Positions 10,260-21,300 of a stretch of 64,000 nucleotides of DNA are shown one piece after another. Under the pieces are notes generated by a model. The model was not told the origin of the DNA, ran no database searches, and was given only the letters and a program-made list of their open reading frames with translations. Where the stretch lies: IMG/VR virus record IMGVR_UViG_3300031857_000010, positions 1-64,000 of that record; one strand, 5' to 3'. The translations under genes and the position numbers were made by a program. Every line of letters begins with the position of its first letter. The first letter of the stretch is position 1.

Positions 10260-11186
10260 TTAAATATTGTTGAAGTAATTTTTGTTCAATAAAAATGTAT
10301 TTAATTCTTCTTTACTTAGACAGTGATCTTTACTTGAATATTCTTTGAAATTTAATTCATTGAAAACCTTATGATAATGCATTAACAAATAATTATCAAT
10401 TTCTTTTGTTCTAGAAACTTCTTCTTCTGCAATCATGATTTCGTGTATTTTTTCAGATATTCTTGGTTCACCTATTTTATATCTCAAACCAAATTTTTTT
10501 TGATAAATTTCGAAAAGATCTTTAATATAAAAACTTTTTATTTTAGGTATTATATTGTAGCTTTTTTGTGTCAAAGAAAATTCAACTAACTCTATAGCTT
10601 CATCAATAGTCAAAATAAATCTTGTCATATTTTCAGAATATAGAGTCAGTTCGTAGTCTTTTTTTATAGCATCCCAAATTAGAGGGATAATACTTCCAGT
10701 AGAATTAGCAACATTTCCATAAATTGCACAACTCAATCTTGTTTCTGAGCATTCAGAGTTCACTATAAAACTTTCTCCAGCTACAAATTTCATAGCTCCA
10801 TATAAAGTCGTAGCTCCTCTACTCTTATCAGAAGAAATAAAACAAGCTGATTCCATCTTATTTTCCTCTGCTACCCTTCTTGAGTTTAATGCCCCTTCTA
10901 TAATTATTTTTACTGCTTCCTCCACGTTTTGATCAACACTTTCTATTTGTTTTAGAGAAGCTGCAAAAATTCCAATATCATGTTTTGTTGAAGCTCTCTT
11001 TAATAAATCATAGTTTCTAATATCTCCAATTACAGTTTTAATTTTTGGATATTCTTTTTTTAAAAAATAATGCTTTGATTCATCTCTACTATAAACTGTA
11101 ATTTCGTTATTATTATAATATTTTTTTATAAGATTTTTACCTAAAAAACCTGCACCTCCGGTTATAAATATTTTTTTATCTTTCAT
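10260..11186 (-). CDS. UDP-GlcNAc 4,6-dehydratase (PseB/FnlA/CapD-type)
   Basis: FITGGAGFLG, YSRDESKH, IGDIRN, SSDK, YGAMK, YGNVANSTGSIIP, MTRF, RISEKIHE. Confidence 0.82.
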   Translation of the reverse strand: MKDKKIFITGGAGFLGKNLIKKYYNNNEITVYSRDESKHYFLKKEYPKIKTVIGDIRNYDLLKRASTKHDIGIFAASLKQIESVDQNVEEAVKIIIEGALNSRRVAEENKMESACFISSDKSRGATTLYGAMKFVAGESFIVNSECSETRLSCAIYGNVANSTGSIIPLIWDAIKKDYELTLYSENMTRFILTIDEAIELVEFSLTQKSYNIIPKIKSFYIKDLFEIYQKKFGLRYKIGEPRISEKIHEIMIAEEEVSRTKEIDNYLLMHYHKVFNELNFKEYSSKDHCLSKEELNTFLLNKNYFNNI

Positions 11187-11191
11187 AATTT

Positions 11192-14100
11192 TTAAATTAA
11201 ATCAAATTCATGGTCTAGGTTTTTTGAATATTGTAAATATCTTTCATATTCCTCCATAAACGGATTTAGATTTCCCCCCTGTGAAGCTCCGGGTTGATAG
11301 TACCATCTTTCGTTCAAATGATATATTTTTGGATCTAGATATTTGTTCGCAATTCTCACTGTTCCATCTATTTCATTTTTCCATGGATTTTCATTCTCTT
11401 CTAAAGAAGAAATTAGAAATTCTCTATTCCAGATACATGCATTGTGAGTCAAAAGCCATTCACTATTATTTTTTGCTTTTAATACTCTTTTACCTTCAAC
11501 AAAATGACTTGTTTTAATAAATTCATATGAACCCCAAAGCTTTTCATGTATTCTTAGACAGTTCCAATCGTTTAACCTAACCTTGTGAAGAGATTTCTTG
11601 AAAGTATTATAATCAGCTTTTACTGTAAGCCACATATCTTCCTGCATATATAATACATATTTTGTATTCAATTTACTCAAAATATCGAGTAGTCTATTTG
11701 AAAATTGAGATGAGTCAATTGATTTAGGAGATTTAATGTTATTAACCCTGAAATCATTGAATGGTAAATCTTTTTCTTCTGTACAAAAATATACCGGCCA
11801 ATTCAAACTCCAATCCCAATATCTGGAAAAAGATAAATACCAACCATTCCAAAATCTTTCATAATTATCACATGATTGAATAATTACAGTTATATCATCA
11901 TCAATATTTTCTTTTCTATATATTGGGGTATTTGGATCGATATCAGTTCCCTCTTTAAATCTCATATCTATTGATGATATTCCGGGCTGTTGAAGAAAAT
12001 AAGGTATTCTATAAATTCCTCTTTTTCTGTTCCAGAAAAATATATTACACCATAGATCATATGCATCCCAATTTGTATTTAATAGTTTATCTGCATATTC
12101 ATTTATGTGAGATTTAGTTATTAAATAACAATGTGCTTCTGATTGTTTGAACGTGAAGAACAAATCATTAACTATATTTTCGTGCTCAACTCCCGGAATT
12201 TGTTTACCAAAAGATGTTGAGATTAAATCATGTTTATTGTTTAAAAAATAGGTATCTATAATTTTTTCATAAACTTCTTTATATTCACCAAAAACTATAC
12301 AATCACATTCACAAATCAATATAGCATCATAATTTTTTATATAATCATCACAAATTGATTTTTTGTGTGAATTATAACATCCATAGTGAGATGGTGTCAA
12401 CAAATAATCTCCGGGATTTAAAGATATTGCGTGTGGTCTTTGACAATTTTCATAAGGGGGTAAATCATAATATTTTGGTGTTATTAATTGTTCATAATCT
12501 AATCCGTAAGATGATAGGTTGCGAAGAGATTCTATAGATTTAATTTCTCTTGGACCTTCGGGATTATTTAATATATGAATTATTTTGATTTTTGGTTTTT
12601 TGATACAATAAAAATTAGATAAATTTTTATCATCTGTATAATTGTCTTGATAATTGAAGCCACAATCTTTTAAAGTTTTTACTATAAAATTATACCCTTC
12701 AATTCCTATTGAATTAATATGAATCTCTCCTGTTATTTTCTTTATTTTATGTTTTAAAAAATCTTTGTCAATAGTTTCAAAAAATTCTAATTCTGCCCCT
12801 TCGCAATCAATCTTTAAATAATCGATATAATTGATATTGTTTTCAGAAATAAAATCATTTACATTTTTTATTGTGACTTTTTCTTTTTTTCTATTTAAAC
12901 CCCAATAATGTTCTATGTTTTCTGTTAATTCTTTCTTACCTGATATTGATGAAACCTCGCCTGTTAAAAATTCTACTTCTTCATTTTTAGCACCTATTCC
13001 GAAATTGAAAACTTGTATGTTGGATAAATCTTTTGTATTAAATTTTAAATATTCATATGTCTCTTTTATGGGTTCTATTGAATAAACCTTTTTAGCACCC
13101 ATCGAAGCAGCATATAATGTAAAAAGTCCTATATTAGAACCAATATCAACAACTATATCATTATTCTCTATGTTTTTATAATCTTCTCTTATGAAAATTT
13201 CATAAAAACTCCAAAATGAAGAATGATCTATTGGATTACATTTAAGTTCTATTTTTTTATTTTGTATTATTATTTCTGTTGTTGGAAATACATTTGGTTT
13301 CCATGTAGTTTTTTTTAAATCTAAAAAAGATTCACTTTGTATTATGTTTAAATCGTTGTCAAAAAATTCTACACAAATTCCATTTCTATGATTTTGTTGA
13401 GCATTTGGAATCATCCACATTCCATCTCCCTTATTGAAAGATAAGTCTGAATATAGACTTTGAAAAACTAAATTGGTTAAGGGGTCTCTCATTCTTATAT
13501 TGTATGTTTTGAGAGAAGGGTGATTGCTTATTATTGAATAATGTATTTTACCTTCATTTTCATCATAAGACACATCAAAAAATTTTTGTTTAGTTCTAAG
13601 TTTTAATTTATCTTTAATTAATTCAATATTGTTCTCTGAATTAGATAAATAATTTATATTATCAAATTTATCAAAATAATTTTGATATACATCTAAATTA
13701 TAAAGTAGAATTGGAATTTTCCAACCGATAGCTTCTCTTAAAACTAAAGGCATTGTCTCTTTATCACCATTATTGCCCCTAGATGTAAAAAGAAATAAAT
13801 CCATGCAACTGTAAAAAGTATCTGTATCATTTCTTTCACCCCATATTCTGCAATTTGCAGGTTTGTTAATTAATAAAGGTTCCCAATAGAATTTAAAATT
13901 ATCAGCCTGATTTCCTAAAAAATGAAATTCTACAGTATTGTCAAAATATTTAGCTAATTCAAATATTTCAGCTTGATTTTTTCTTGGTGTAAAAAGTCCA
14001 ACATTTAATATATGTTTTTTTTTGGGATCTAATCCTAGTTTTATTAATGTTTCCTCTCTATTGGGTCTTTCTTTGTATTCTATTGGATATTCTGCCAAAT

Positions 14101-14557
14101 ATTTAGGAACATCAATATTTTTATATTGTTCAATTTGCCAATTGCTTACAAAAAGAAATGCATCTGGAAAATATTTTTTGTTTTCATCCGGATTGTAAGA
14201 TGAATCATGACTAGTTTCAAAAATTTTATATGATCTATTTTTATTATAAATAAAATCAGCAATTTCTTTTGGTAAAAAATATTCCGGAATTTCTTCAATA
14301 TGAATGAAATCTGGTTTGATATTATCAATTAAATCTTTAATTTCATATAATTTGTTTTGTCCTAAAGAGAAAAAATGATTTTCATCTAAAATTTTTGTTA
14401 TTCTGTTTCTTTGAATTACTAAAACTCCACCAGTAATATTTTCATATTCAATACAGAAAACCTCTAATTTATCCTTAAGAAGTTCTATTTTTTTGAATAA
14501 GTATTGTGGTAGACCCCCTGTTGAAAGGTGTGGAGCAATAAATATTATTTTTTTCAT
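11192..14557 (-). CDS. Multidomain protein: GT4 + FkbM methyltransferase + two GT-A-like domains
   Basis: GT4: APHLSTGG, NVGLFTPRKNQ, DLFLFTS, ETMPLVLREA. FkbM: DIGSNIGLF, LKIDCEGAE. Then YGCYNSH...ECDC, and QSCDNY...QEDMW. Confidence 0.75.
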   Translation of the reverse strand: MKKIIFIAPHLSTGGLPQYLFKKIELLKDKLEVFCIEYENITGGVLVIQRNRITKILDENHFFSLGQNKLYEIKDLIDNIKPDFIHIEEIPEYFLPKEIADFIYNKNRSYKIFETSHDSSYNPDENKKYFPDAFLFVSNWQIEQYKNIDVPKYLAEYPIEYKERPNREETLIKLGLDPKKKHILNVGLFTPRKNQAEIFELAKYFDNTVEFHFLGNQADNFKFYWEPLLINKPANCRIWGERNDTDTFYSCMDLFLFTSRGNNGDKETMPLVLREAIGWKIPILLYNLDVYQNYFDKFDNINYLSNSENNIELIKDKLKLRTKQKFFDVSYDENEGKIHYSIISNHPSLKTYNIRMRDPLTNLVFQSLYSDLSFNKGDGMWMIPNAQQNHRNGICVEFFDNDLNIIQSESFLDLKKTTWKPNVFPTTEIIIQNKKIELKCNPIDHSSFWSFYEIFIREDYKNIENNDIVVDIGSNIGLFTLYAASMGAKKVYSIEPIKETYEYLKFNTKDLSNIQVFNFGIGAKNEEVEFLTGEVSSISGKKELTENIEHYWGLNRKKEKVTIKNVNDFISENNINYIDYLKIDCEGAELEFFETIDKDFLKHKIKKITGEIHINSIGIEGYNFIVKTLKDCGFNYQDNYTDDKNLSNFYCIKKPKIKIIHILNNPEGPREIKSIESLRNLSSYGLDYEQLITPKYYDLPPYENCQRPHAISLNPGDYLLTPSHYGCYNSHKKSICDDYIKNYDAILICECDCIVFGEYKEVYEKIIDTYFLNNKHDLISTSFGKQIPGVEHENIVNDLFFTFKQSEAHCYLITKSHINEYADKLLNTNWDAYDLWCNIFFWNRKRGIYRIPYFLQQPGISSIDMRFKEGTDIDPNTPIYRKENIDDDITVIIQSCDNYERFWNGWYLSFSRYWDWSLNWPVYFCTEEKDLPFNDFRVNNIKSPKSIDSSQFSNRLLDILSKLNTKYVLYMQEDMWLTVKADYNTFKKSLHKVRLNDWNCLRIHEKLWGSYEFIKTSHFVEGKRVLKAKNNSEWLLTHNACIWNREFLISSLEENENPWKNEIDGTVRIANKYLDPKIYHLNERWYYQPGASQGGNLNPFMEEYERYLQYSKNLDHEFDLI

Positions 14558-14598
14558 TAATTATAAAATTAATAAAAAAAACTTAAAAAAGAAATTAT

Positions 14599-15480
14599 TT
14601 ATTCTCCATTACCCCTAGAAAGTTGATCAAATTCTTGATCAAAATTCGTTATTGTTCTTTGTTCTCTGACATCGACGTTACCAAATTCAAAATCAGTTTT
14701 CCTTGTGAATAAATTGTATTGTCTGTAAATGAAATTCTGATCATTAAAATAAGTCAAAATACCATTTTGTAAATCTCTGGTCGAATTTCCATAAAGTGCA
14801 TAAGAAAGTGTTTTTATAGTTTGATCAACCATTTCCACTTCAACATAAAAAGGGTCAAAATAAGTATTTGTAATTAATACTTTTTGATTTTTTTGACCAA
14901 TATCTACTCTGACATTATTTGATATCAAACTACCCTGATCTGGTGATACTGTTAAAAACAAAATTGTTCCAGCAGGGTCTAGGACATAAGTTGTTGCCCC
15001 TTGATTTACGGTATTATTATTTACATTGATGCTTACCAAATCACTTGAAGTTATAATTCTTGTTAAATTATTGATTTTTACATCATTGCTATCAAAATAT
15101 TCAATTTGATAACCTACAAGTGAATTATTTCTAGAAAACTGTAAAGCAGGTATTACTATGCCTTTTTTTGATATATTTAGCTGATTATTATCGTTTGTTA
15201 CTACGTATGAACAATCTAATATCGTGGTTTGAAATGTTTTTGGCTTAATTAATATGCTATAATATCCCAATTTATTAAACACATTTGCCGGAAGTCTTAA
15301 TTTATACATTCCGTCAGCACCAATAAGTTTTCTAAAATCTGAATTTGTTATGGAGTTAAAAAGGGGCCTCAGTTGTATGTCGCCAATTTCCTCTCTAGAA
15401 GCACTATAGGCATAAAGAATGTCAACGTCATCAATTGACACATCTGCTAATTTGTTTACACCATATAGACCAACCGCCAT
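14599..15480 (-). CDS. Hypothetical protein, probably structural
   Basis: 293 aa beta-rich ORF at the end of the tail/baseplate block, preceded by a TATTTATT motif. Confidence 0.5.
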   Translation of the reverse strand: MAVGLYGVNKLADVSIDDVDILYAYSASREEIGDIQLRPLFNSITNSDFRKLIGADGMYKLRLPANVFNKLGYYSILIKPKTFQTTILDCSYVVTNDNNQLNISKKGIVIPALQFSRNNSLVGYQIEYFDSNDVKINNLTRIITSSDLVSINVNNNTVNQGATTYVLDPAGTILFLTVSPDQGSLISNNVRVDIGQKNQKVLITNTYFDPFYVEVEMVDQTIKTLSYALYGNSTRDLQNGILTYFNDQNFIYRQYNLFTRKTDFEFGNVDVREQRTITNFDQEFDQLSRGNGE

Positions 15481-15498
15481 ATTTTAATATTATTTAAA

Positions 15499-15506
15499 AA
15501 TAAATA
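15499..15506 (-). promoter_or_regulatory. Candidate late promoter TATTTATT
   Basis: 18 nt upstream of the ATG at 15480. Confidence 0.45.
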
Positions 15507-15519
15507 GTATTTTAAAAAA

Positions 15520-17982
15520 TTATAGAGATAACATTTCTTGATATACATTATTGATTTTCGGTTGAAAATAAGCTAAAACTTCTTGCCAATTGTTAAATGT
15601 GCTATTTCTTATCTCTTCTAAGTTATCATTTGATTGTTGAATATCTAAAATTTTACCATTTTTGATTAAATCTATTGACATTTCATAACCTCGGATAACA
15701 GACCATAAAGCTTTTTGGTACCTTTCAAATTCTCTATTTTCAAAAGATTTTTGGGCTAAATTCAAATGAAAATCTCCTCTTTCTTTTTGTTTTGTTTTTA
15801 TTTTTTGTTTATCTAAAACATAATTAAATTTAATTCTTTCTAGGGCTTTAAAATCATATGATTGCGTGTTATAAACTTGCCAAACCCTATCTGTAGGAAC
15901 GTAGTCTTCTACAAATGCACTTCCAGTTACATCGTTTAATTGTTTTTCAAATTCATCTGGGTTGTAAATATAATACTCAACATTGTCCTCTTTTATAATG
16001 GTGAGAGGTTCAGCATTTTGGGCAACAATTATAATATCTATATCTGAAGTATCATTTACAGTACCAAAATAATACGAACCATAAACATAAATGTTATATA
16101 TACCACTCATGGGAACACCAATTTTTTTTGCGATATTAAATAAATTTATAGAAGAGAGTTTTAAAATACTCTGTAATTTTGAATTTACTGAATCCTCTAA
16201 ATTGGGATCAAAAATGTCTCTACTTAAAATATTTGGGTTTGGTGTTAAATAATTTATATCAATATAATCTTGTCTGTATCTCTCTAAAAAACTGTCACTA
16301 AAATTCTCGAAAACAAATCCATTATACATTAATTTACACTTGTTTGTGTTTGTAACATCGATTTGTTCATAATAATTATATGTGCTTAAGTCATAAAATT
16401 CCTCTAAATAAATTATTAAATATTGACAAATTTGATTGGGATTGTTGAAAGGTCTTAAAGATAAAACTATTGGAGATCTAACTCCCCAATTCTTGTAAAT
16501 GTTTATATTTATGGTTTTAACAGTATCTCCTATATCAAATTGCAGTTCATATGTTGGATCTAAAACATCGTTGTTTGGATTGGCTAAGTTAAAAGCACTA
16601 ATTCCGTCATCAGGACCCAGAAGGCTTGGTGAGAAGTATTCGTAGTTTAATATAACTTTATCTCTTTTATTTGGGAAATTATGTTTTATTGAAATTGAAA
16701 GTTGATTAGTATTTAAGGGATCATAAATTTGACCAATATAGTCTAAATTATACCAATTTTGATCTTGAACAAATTCAAATTCACACCTAGTTAGATTCGG
16801 TACATTTGAATTGTTATTAGAGCCCATAGACATTGATCTAGATTGTCTAATACTCAAGCTTAAATTTGGGTTAGAGCTATCTATTAAAGTATTAATTTGA
16901 GCTGATAAATCAATTACACTTTGATAAATATAGTTTTGATTTATATCCTGCACACTATTGAAGTTGGGGCTATAACTCCTATAATTCCAATTAAAATATT
17001 GTTTAAAAACATTGAAACCTCTAAAGTTTTGTATTTGATTGTCATTTGATGGTTGAGGAATATTTATGACTTGTGCTGGAGAGCTAAAATAAATACCATC
17101 TTCTAAAACTATTTGTGCTGTATTGTTTTGACTTTGACTTATTGAATTATTGGATTGATTTTGCATTCTCAAAAAATTTACCGGAAGTAAACTTTCAAGA
17201 TATTTTATTGAATTGGTATTTGGACCGAAATTAGAATTTGAACTTTGTTGAAGTCTGATAATTTCATCTATGTTACCATAAAGTGGTTGACTATTAAAGT
17301 TATTTCTATACAAATATCTAGTTACATTAATATTTCCATCACATGTGTCTTTAAAATATTGTGAAAAGTCTTCAAATGATAATAAGGCACTTTTTTTATT
17401 AATTGTTATATTAAGATAGTAATTCTCACTATCTCCAGTAAAATTAATAAAATCAGATGGTCTTGTTGCGTTTGGATAGTTATTTGGTAAAAAATTACCA
17501 TTAGGTAAAACCCTATTGGTAAAATAATTTGTTAAAGAATTAGTTTTTAGATATTTTTCATCAGCATTGAATAAACTGTTTTTTGTATCTATGAGATTAA
17601 TATCAGTGTTTTCAATATCTGTACTTTGACCTTGATTTGAATAATTAATATATTTCCTATAATAATCATTAAAAAATTCTGCTAATTTTTTATTATCATA
17701 AAATAAATCCCTAAATTCCTCAATTGTAAGGAGGCTTTTTATATAATTAATAAACTCTAAAGCAATTTTTTCATTTTCAGGTTTATCTAAAAAAGCTTTG
17801 ACATTTAAATCATTTACTAATGATACACCTACCTGAGGTGTGTAAGAGAAATATTCTTGATTTAAATTAATATTTTGTTGAGTATCATACAATACAGGCT
17901 CGTTAGAATCTAAAGTCAAAAGACTATTTAGATTTGTATTAGCACTGAAGGCAATGTTGTATAATATCTCAAATTTTTGCAT
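15520..17982 (-). CDS. Asn-rich structural-type protein with a Calx-beta-like segment and a C-terminal Pol-beta-superfamily nucleotidyltransferase domain
   Basis: LQFDIGDTVKTININI (Calx-beta-like). NIYVYGSYYFGTVNDTSDIDIIIV is the hG[GS]x(9-13)DxD NTase signature, followed by a helical domain. Confidence 0.65.
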   Translation of the reverse strand: MQKFEILYNIAFSANTNLNSLLTLDSNEPVLYDTQQNINLNQEYFSYTPQVGVSLVNDLNVKAFLDKPENEKIALEFINYIKSLLTIEEFRDLFYDNKKLAEFFNDYYRKYINYSNQGQSTDIENTDINLIDTKNSLFNADEKYLKTNSLTNYFTNRVLPNGNFLPNNYPNATRPSDFINFTGDSENYYLNITINKKSALLSFEDFSQYFKDTCDGNINVTRYLYRNNFNSQPLYGNIDEIIRLQQSSNSNFGPNTNSIKYLESLLPVNFLRMQNQSNNSISQSQNNTAQIVLEDGIYFSSPAQVINIPQPSNDNQIQNFRGFNVFKQYFNWNYRSYSPNFNSVQDINQNYIYQSVIDLSAQINTLIDSSNPNLSLSIRQSRSMSMGSNNNSNVPNLTRCEFEFVQDQNWYNLDYIGQIYDPLNTNQLSISIKHNFPNKRDKVILNYEYFSPSLLGPDDGISAFNLANPNNDVLDPTYELQFDIGDTVKTININIYKNWGVRSPIVLSLRPFNNPNQICQYLIIYLEEFYDLSTYNYYEQIDVTNTNKCKLMYNGFVFENFSDSFLERYRQDYIDINYLTPNPNILSRDIFDPNLEDSVNSKLQSILKLSSINLFNIAKKIGVPMSGIYNIYVYGSYYFGTVNDTSDIDIIIVAQNAEPLTIIKEDNVEYYIYNPDEFEKQLNDVTGSAFVEDYVPTDRVWQVYNTQSYDFKALERIKFNYVLDKQKIKTKQKERGDFHLNLAQKSFENREFERYQKALWSVIRGYEMSIDLIKNGKILDIQQSNDNLEEIRNSTFNNWQEVLAYFQPKINNVYQEMLSL

Positions 17983-17985
17983 TCT

Positions 17986-18339
17986 TTATTTATTAATAGT
18001 TATAGAAAAAATTTCTGCCTTTTTAATTATATTCTGAGTGGTCGGTACAAGAGTATTGTTGCTATTTGTCTTACCACTAATGCCGGTAGATCTTATACTT
18101 TCAAAAAAGCCAAATTCTATAAAAGACGGATTAATTAATTGTCTTTCCATTGATACTCTTAAGGGATCTAATTCAACGTCAACATAATCATCGAATAATT
18201 TTAATTCTCTGTTTAGTTTTACATTAAGATAAAAATCTTTATGGTTTTGAGTTCCATAAGTTCCATCAGGCTGAACAATTCCCTCTGGTCTAGAATCTAT
18301 ATATAATTTTATTTTTAAATTTTTTTCCATTTTAGTCAC
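17986..18339 (-). CDS. Hypothetical protein
   Basis: 117 aa, tightly packed in the structural operon. Confidence 0.55.
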   Translation of the reverse strand: MTKMEKNLKIKLYIDSRPEGIVQPDGTYGTQNHKDFYLNVKLNRELKLFDDYVDVELDPLRVSMERQLINPSFIEFGFFESIRSTGISGKTNSNNTLVPTTQNIIKKAEIFSITINK

Positions 18340-21300
18340 TTGTTTGATTAGTGCTTTTTATCCAAGTAAATCCATTTTTATTACAATAGTCACCGTTGAT
18401 AGAAATATCATTTGAAAAATAAACATCTTCTATGGGACAATTATTTGAAGCTGTTGCTAAAAATCCATTAATTTTGATTGATCTATAAATAAGACTTGTT
18501 GATACTTTTTTAAGATTTCCTAAAAAACTATTACACCAAGCCCATCCCCAAACAGGATCTGAGCCTTGCCAAGCATTAGCCGAAAATCTTGTCCTTAAGA
18601 AAAAATCGGTTTCCTGATAGGTTAATTGACTAGAGGATCCTAAAGCAGATGAAATTAAAATGGATGGAGATTTTTTAAATGTTATTGATTTATTTATAAC
18701 TTTGTTTGATGGCGTTCCATTGTAGTTATATAATACAAAGTTTAAAAATGATATTATATAATTGCCTTGAGTTAATTTATTTACCGTCCTAATTCCTGAA
18801 TTAGTATTTATTTGATATACAAATTTATCATTTGTTGGAACGTCAAATGATAAATTTTTTAATGATCTTACAACATTATAAACCCCATTTACTCTAATAC
18901 TCAAAGGTCTTTCAGATATCCATATTTTTTCATTCGGTTTAACGTTAAAACCTAAAATATTTGATGATACAATTCCATTATTTATAATTTCTATTACAGC
19001 TTGGTTTTTTGTATTAACATTTGCCTGTGACCAATCATACAAAAATAGATTTTTCTGTGTGAATGAACCACCATATTGAGTTGTTGCCAATACAAAAGAA
19101 TCATCTTGAACAGATGGAGAAGTAAATCCATTTGGAAAGGTAGTCAAAGTACCATAACCTGCCTGTATTAGTAGTTGACCAAAATATAATTTTAAATTAA
19201 TTTGATAATCTGAAAAAGGCTCGAATAATAATATATCACTTATTGGAAAATTATTTTGTGTTGAATTTAATGGTGCTACTGGAATAAAATTATTCTGCAA
19301 AATATTGATACCTTTAGTTATAAATATTTGATTATATGTTGTATCAACATTTGATAAAGAACTAAATAAATATCCATTTGGAATAATCACTGCACTTGGA
19401 TAATATAATACATTTGTTGTTTTATCTAAACTGGTTCCCGTATAAGATTCAATAAATCCTTGAGCGTCATATTGAATTTGACTAAAACAATTTTTTATTC
19501 TTGTAAAAAAATAATAAGTTTCTTTTGAATTATCATTACCTGAATTTAATGTTATATTAGTATCTGTATTTATTTTTAAAGCGTTGTTAAATTCTTCTCC
19601 TAGTAAAACCGTTTTACTTAATAGGTTACTAGTTTTAAAATTATCTGAATTAGGATCTATGTTTGGTAGATAATTATAGCTGTTATTTTCAAACGTTATA
19701 GAATACTTACACTTAAAAAAACCCCAAATTGAATTTTGATTTAAACCTAAAAATGCTGGAATTGTACCTCCAAAAAATTCATCATTTGCTGGAAGTTTTA
19801 GTTTGAATTGTTTTCCATCGTATACAAACTGATCAGTAGAAACGCCAGTTGTAAAACCTGAAGTTACAACAACACTAATTGTTTCAGAAAATTTATATAG
19901 TTTATTATCAAATACAACGTTACTTCCTAAATTTGTAAAATTTATTTTAAAATAGGGTTCTAAAACTAAACTTCTTAATAATTTGCTATCGGTATTTCCG
20001 GTTACTAGTGTATTTTTCTCAATATAACCTTGATTAGATTGGTAGTAAGTTTGTAGTCTTGTTAAATTATCATTTAACCCTTGACTAACATATGTATTTT
20101 TAGCTACGGGTTTGTTGTATAGACTTCTTAATACAGCTATTCCATTAGGGGCATCATATGGAATTATCAATTCAACATATCTTTTATCGATGTCTTTATT
20201 TACATATAAAGTATAATTTATACTTTGTCCTTGATTAAAAGAACCTGCTATTAAATTGCTTGTAAGATTTCTAAATTTTAAAACTATTTTTCTTTGAATA
20301 TCGTCTTGTCTTGCTGAAATGAAATAAAAATTGACAGAATATAATAAATCAATTTGATTTAAATTTACAACAATACTATTGCTAAACCCTGTTCCCTGTG
20401 TATTTTGAAAGCCAAATGTTGACAAACAATCAGTTTCATTTTCATCAATATATATTTCTAAACTTTGATTTGGAACTAGTAGTTTTCTGTCAAGATTTAT
20501 ATCAATAGGAATTATTAGCGGGTTATTATCTTGTCTTGGTTCTGTAAATTCAAAAGATTGACTTGAAAAAGACACTTGAGATGGAACATCGTTATCGTTT
20601 ACATATAAGGAAATCATTTGAGCCTTTTCTGGGTCTGGTAAAAGACCTAAAATTGGAGTTACTTGCAAAGTAAGTCTTTTGACAGGTTCAACATAAAAAT
20701 CATCAGTAATTCTGATTCTTATATTTTTTGTAAGATTATCATTTTTATTCCATTCAATGTCATTAAAATTTAAAATAACATCTTGAGGCAATGTTACTGT
20801 TGTATATTCATTCATGTTTTCATCAACACCATATACAACATTTAATTTTGCTTTTTCATAACCTCTCGGTGGTTTTGAAATAGATATTTCAACATCAAAA
20901 AATTTATTTTCTAATAATCTGTCGTTAGAACCACCTTCTGTAACAGTAATTTGTTCTTGTTCAAAATATATAAAAGGGGGTCCAGTAGGTTCAACTTCTC
21001 TCCTAATCCAATGTCTGTCATAAAAAAATGGATAATTATTATTTATTTCAATAATATTTCCATTATCCAAAATTTCAGCTGTTTCAGAACCATATTCAAG
21101 TGGTAACCCATCTTCATTATAATAAAAAAATGGAAATTCTTGCTCTGCAGATAAATTTGAAATAAAATTATAGGTTGAAACAAAAATTGATTTGTTAGTA
21201 TTTGTTAGACTTTTAATGTCAAGTTCAAAAGGAAAAAAATAGTGTGCCTTTTTTTTTCCGTAAAGATTTTTACTCAAATCACCATTTCTAGAATCTAGAG

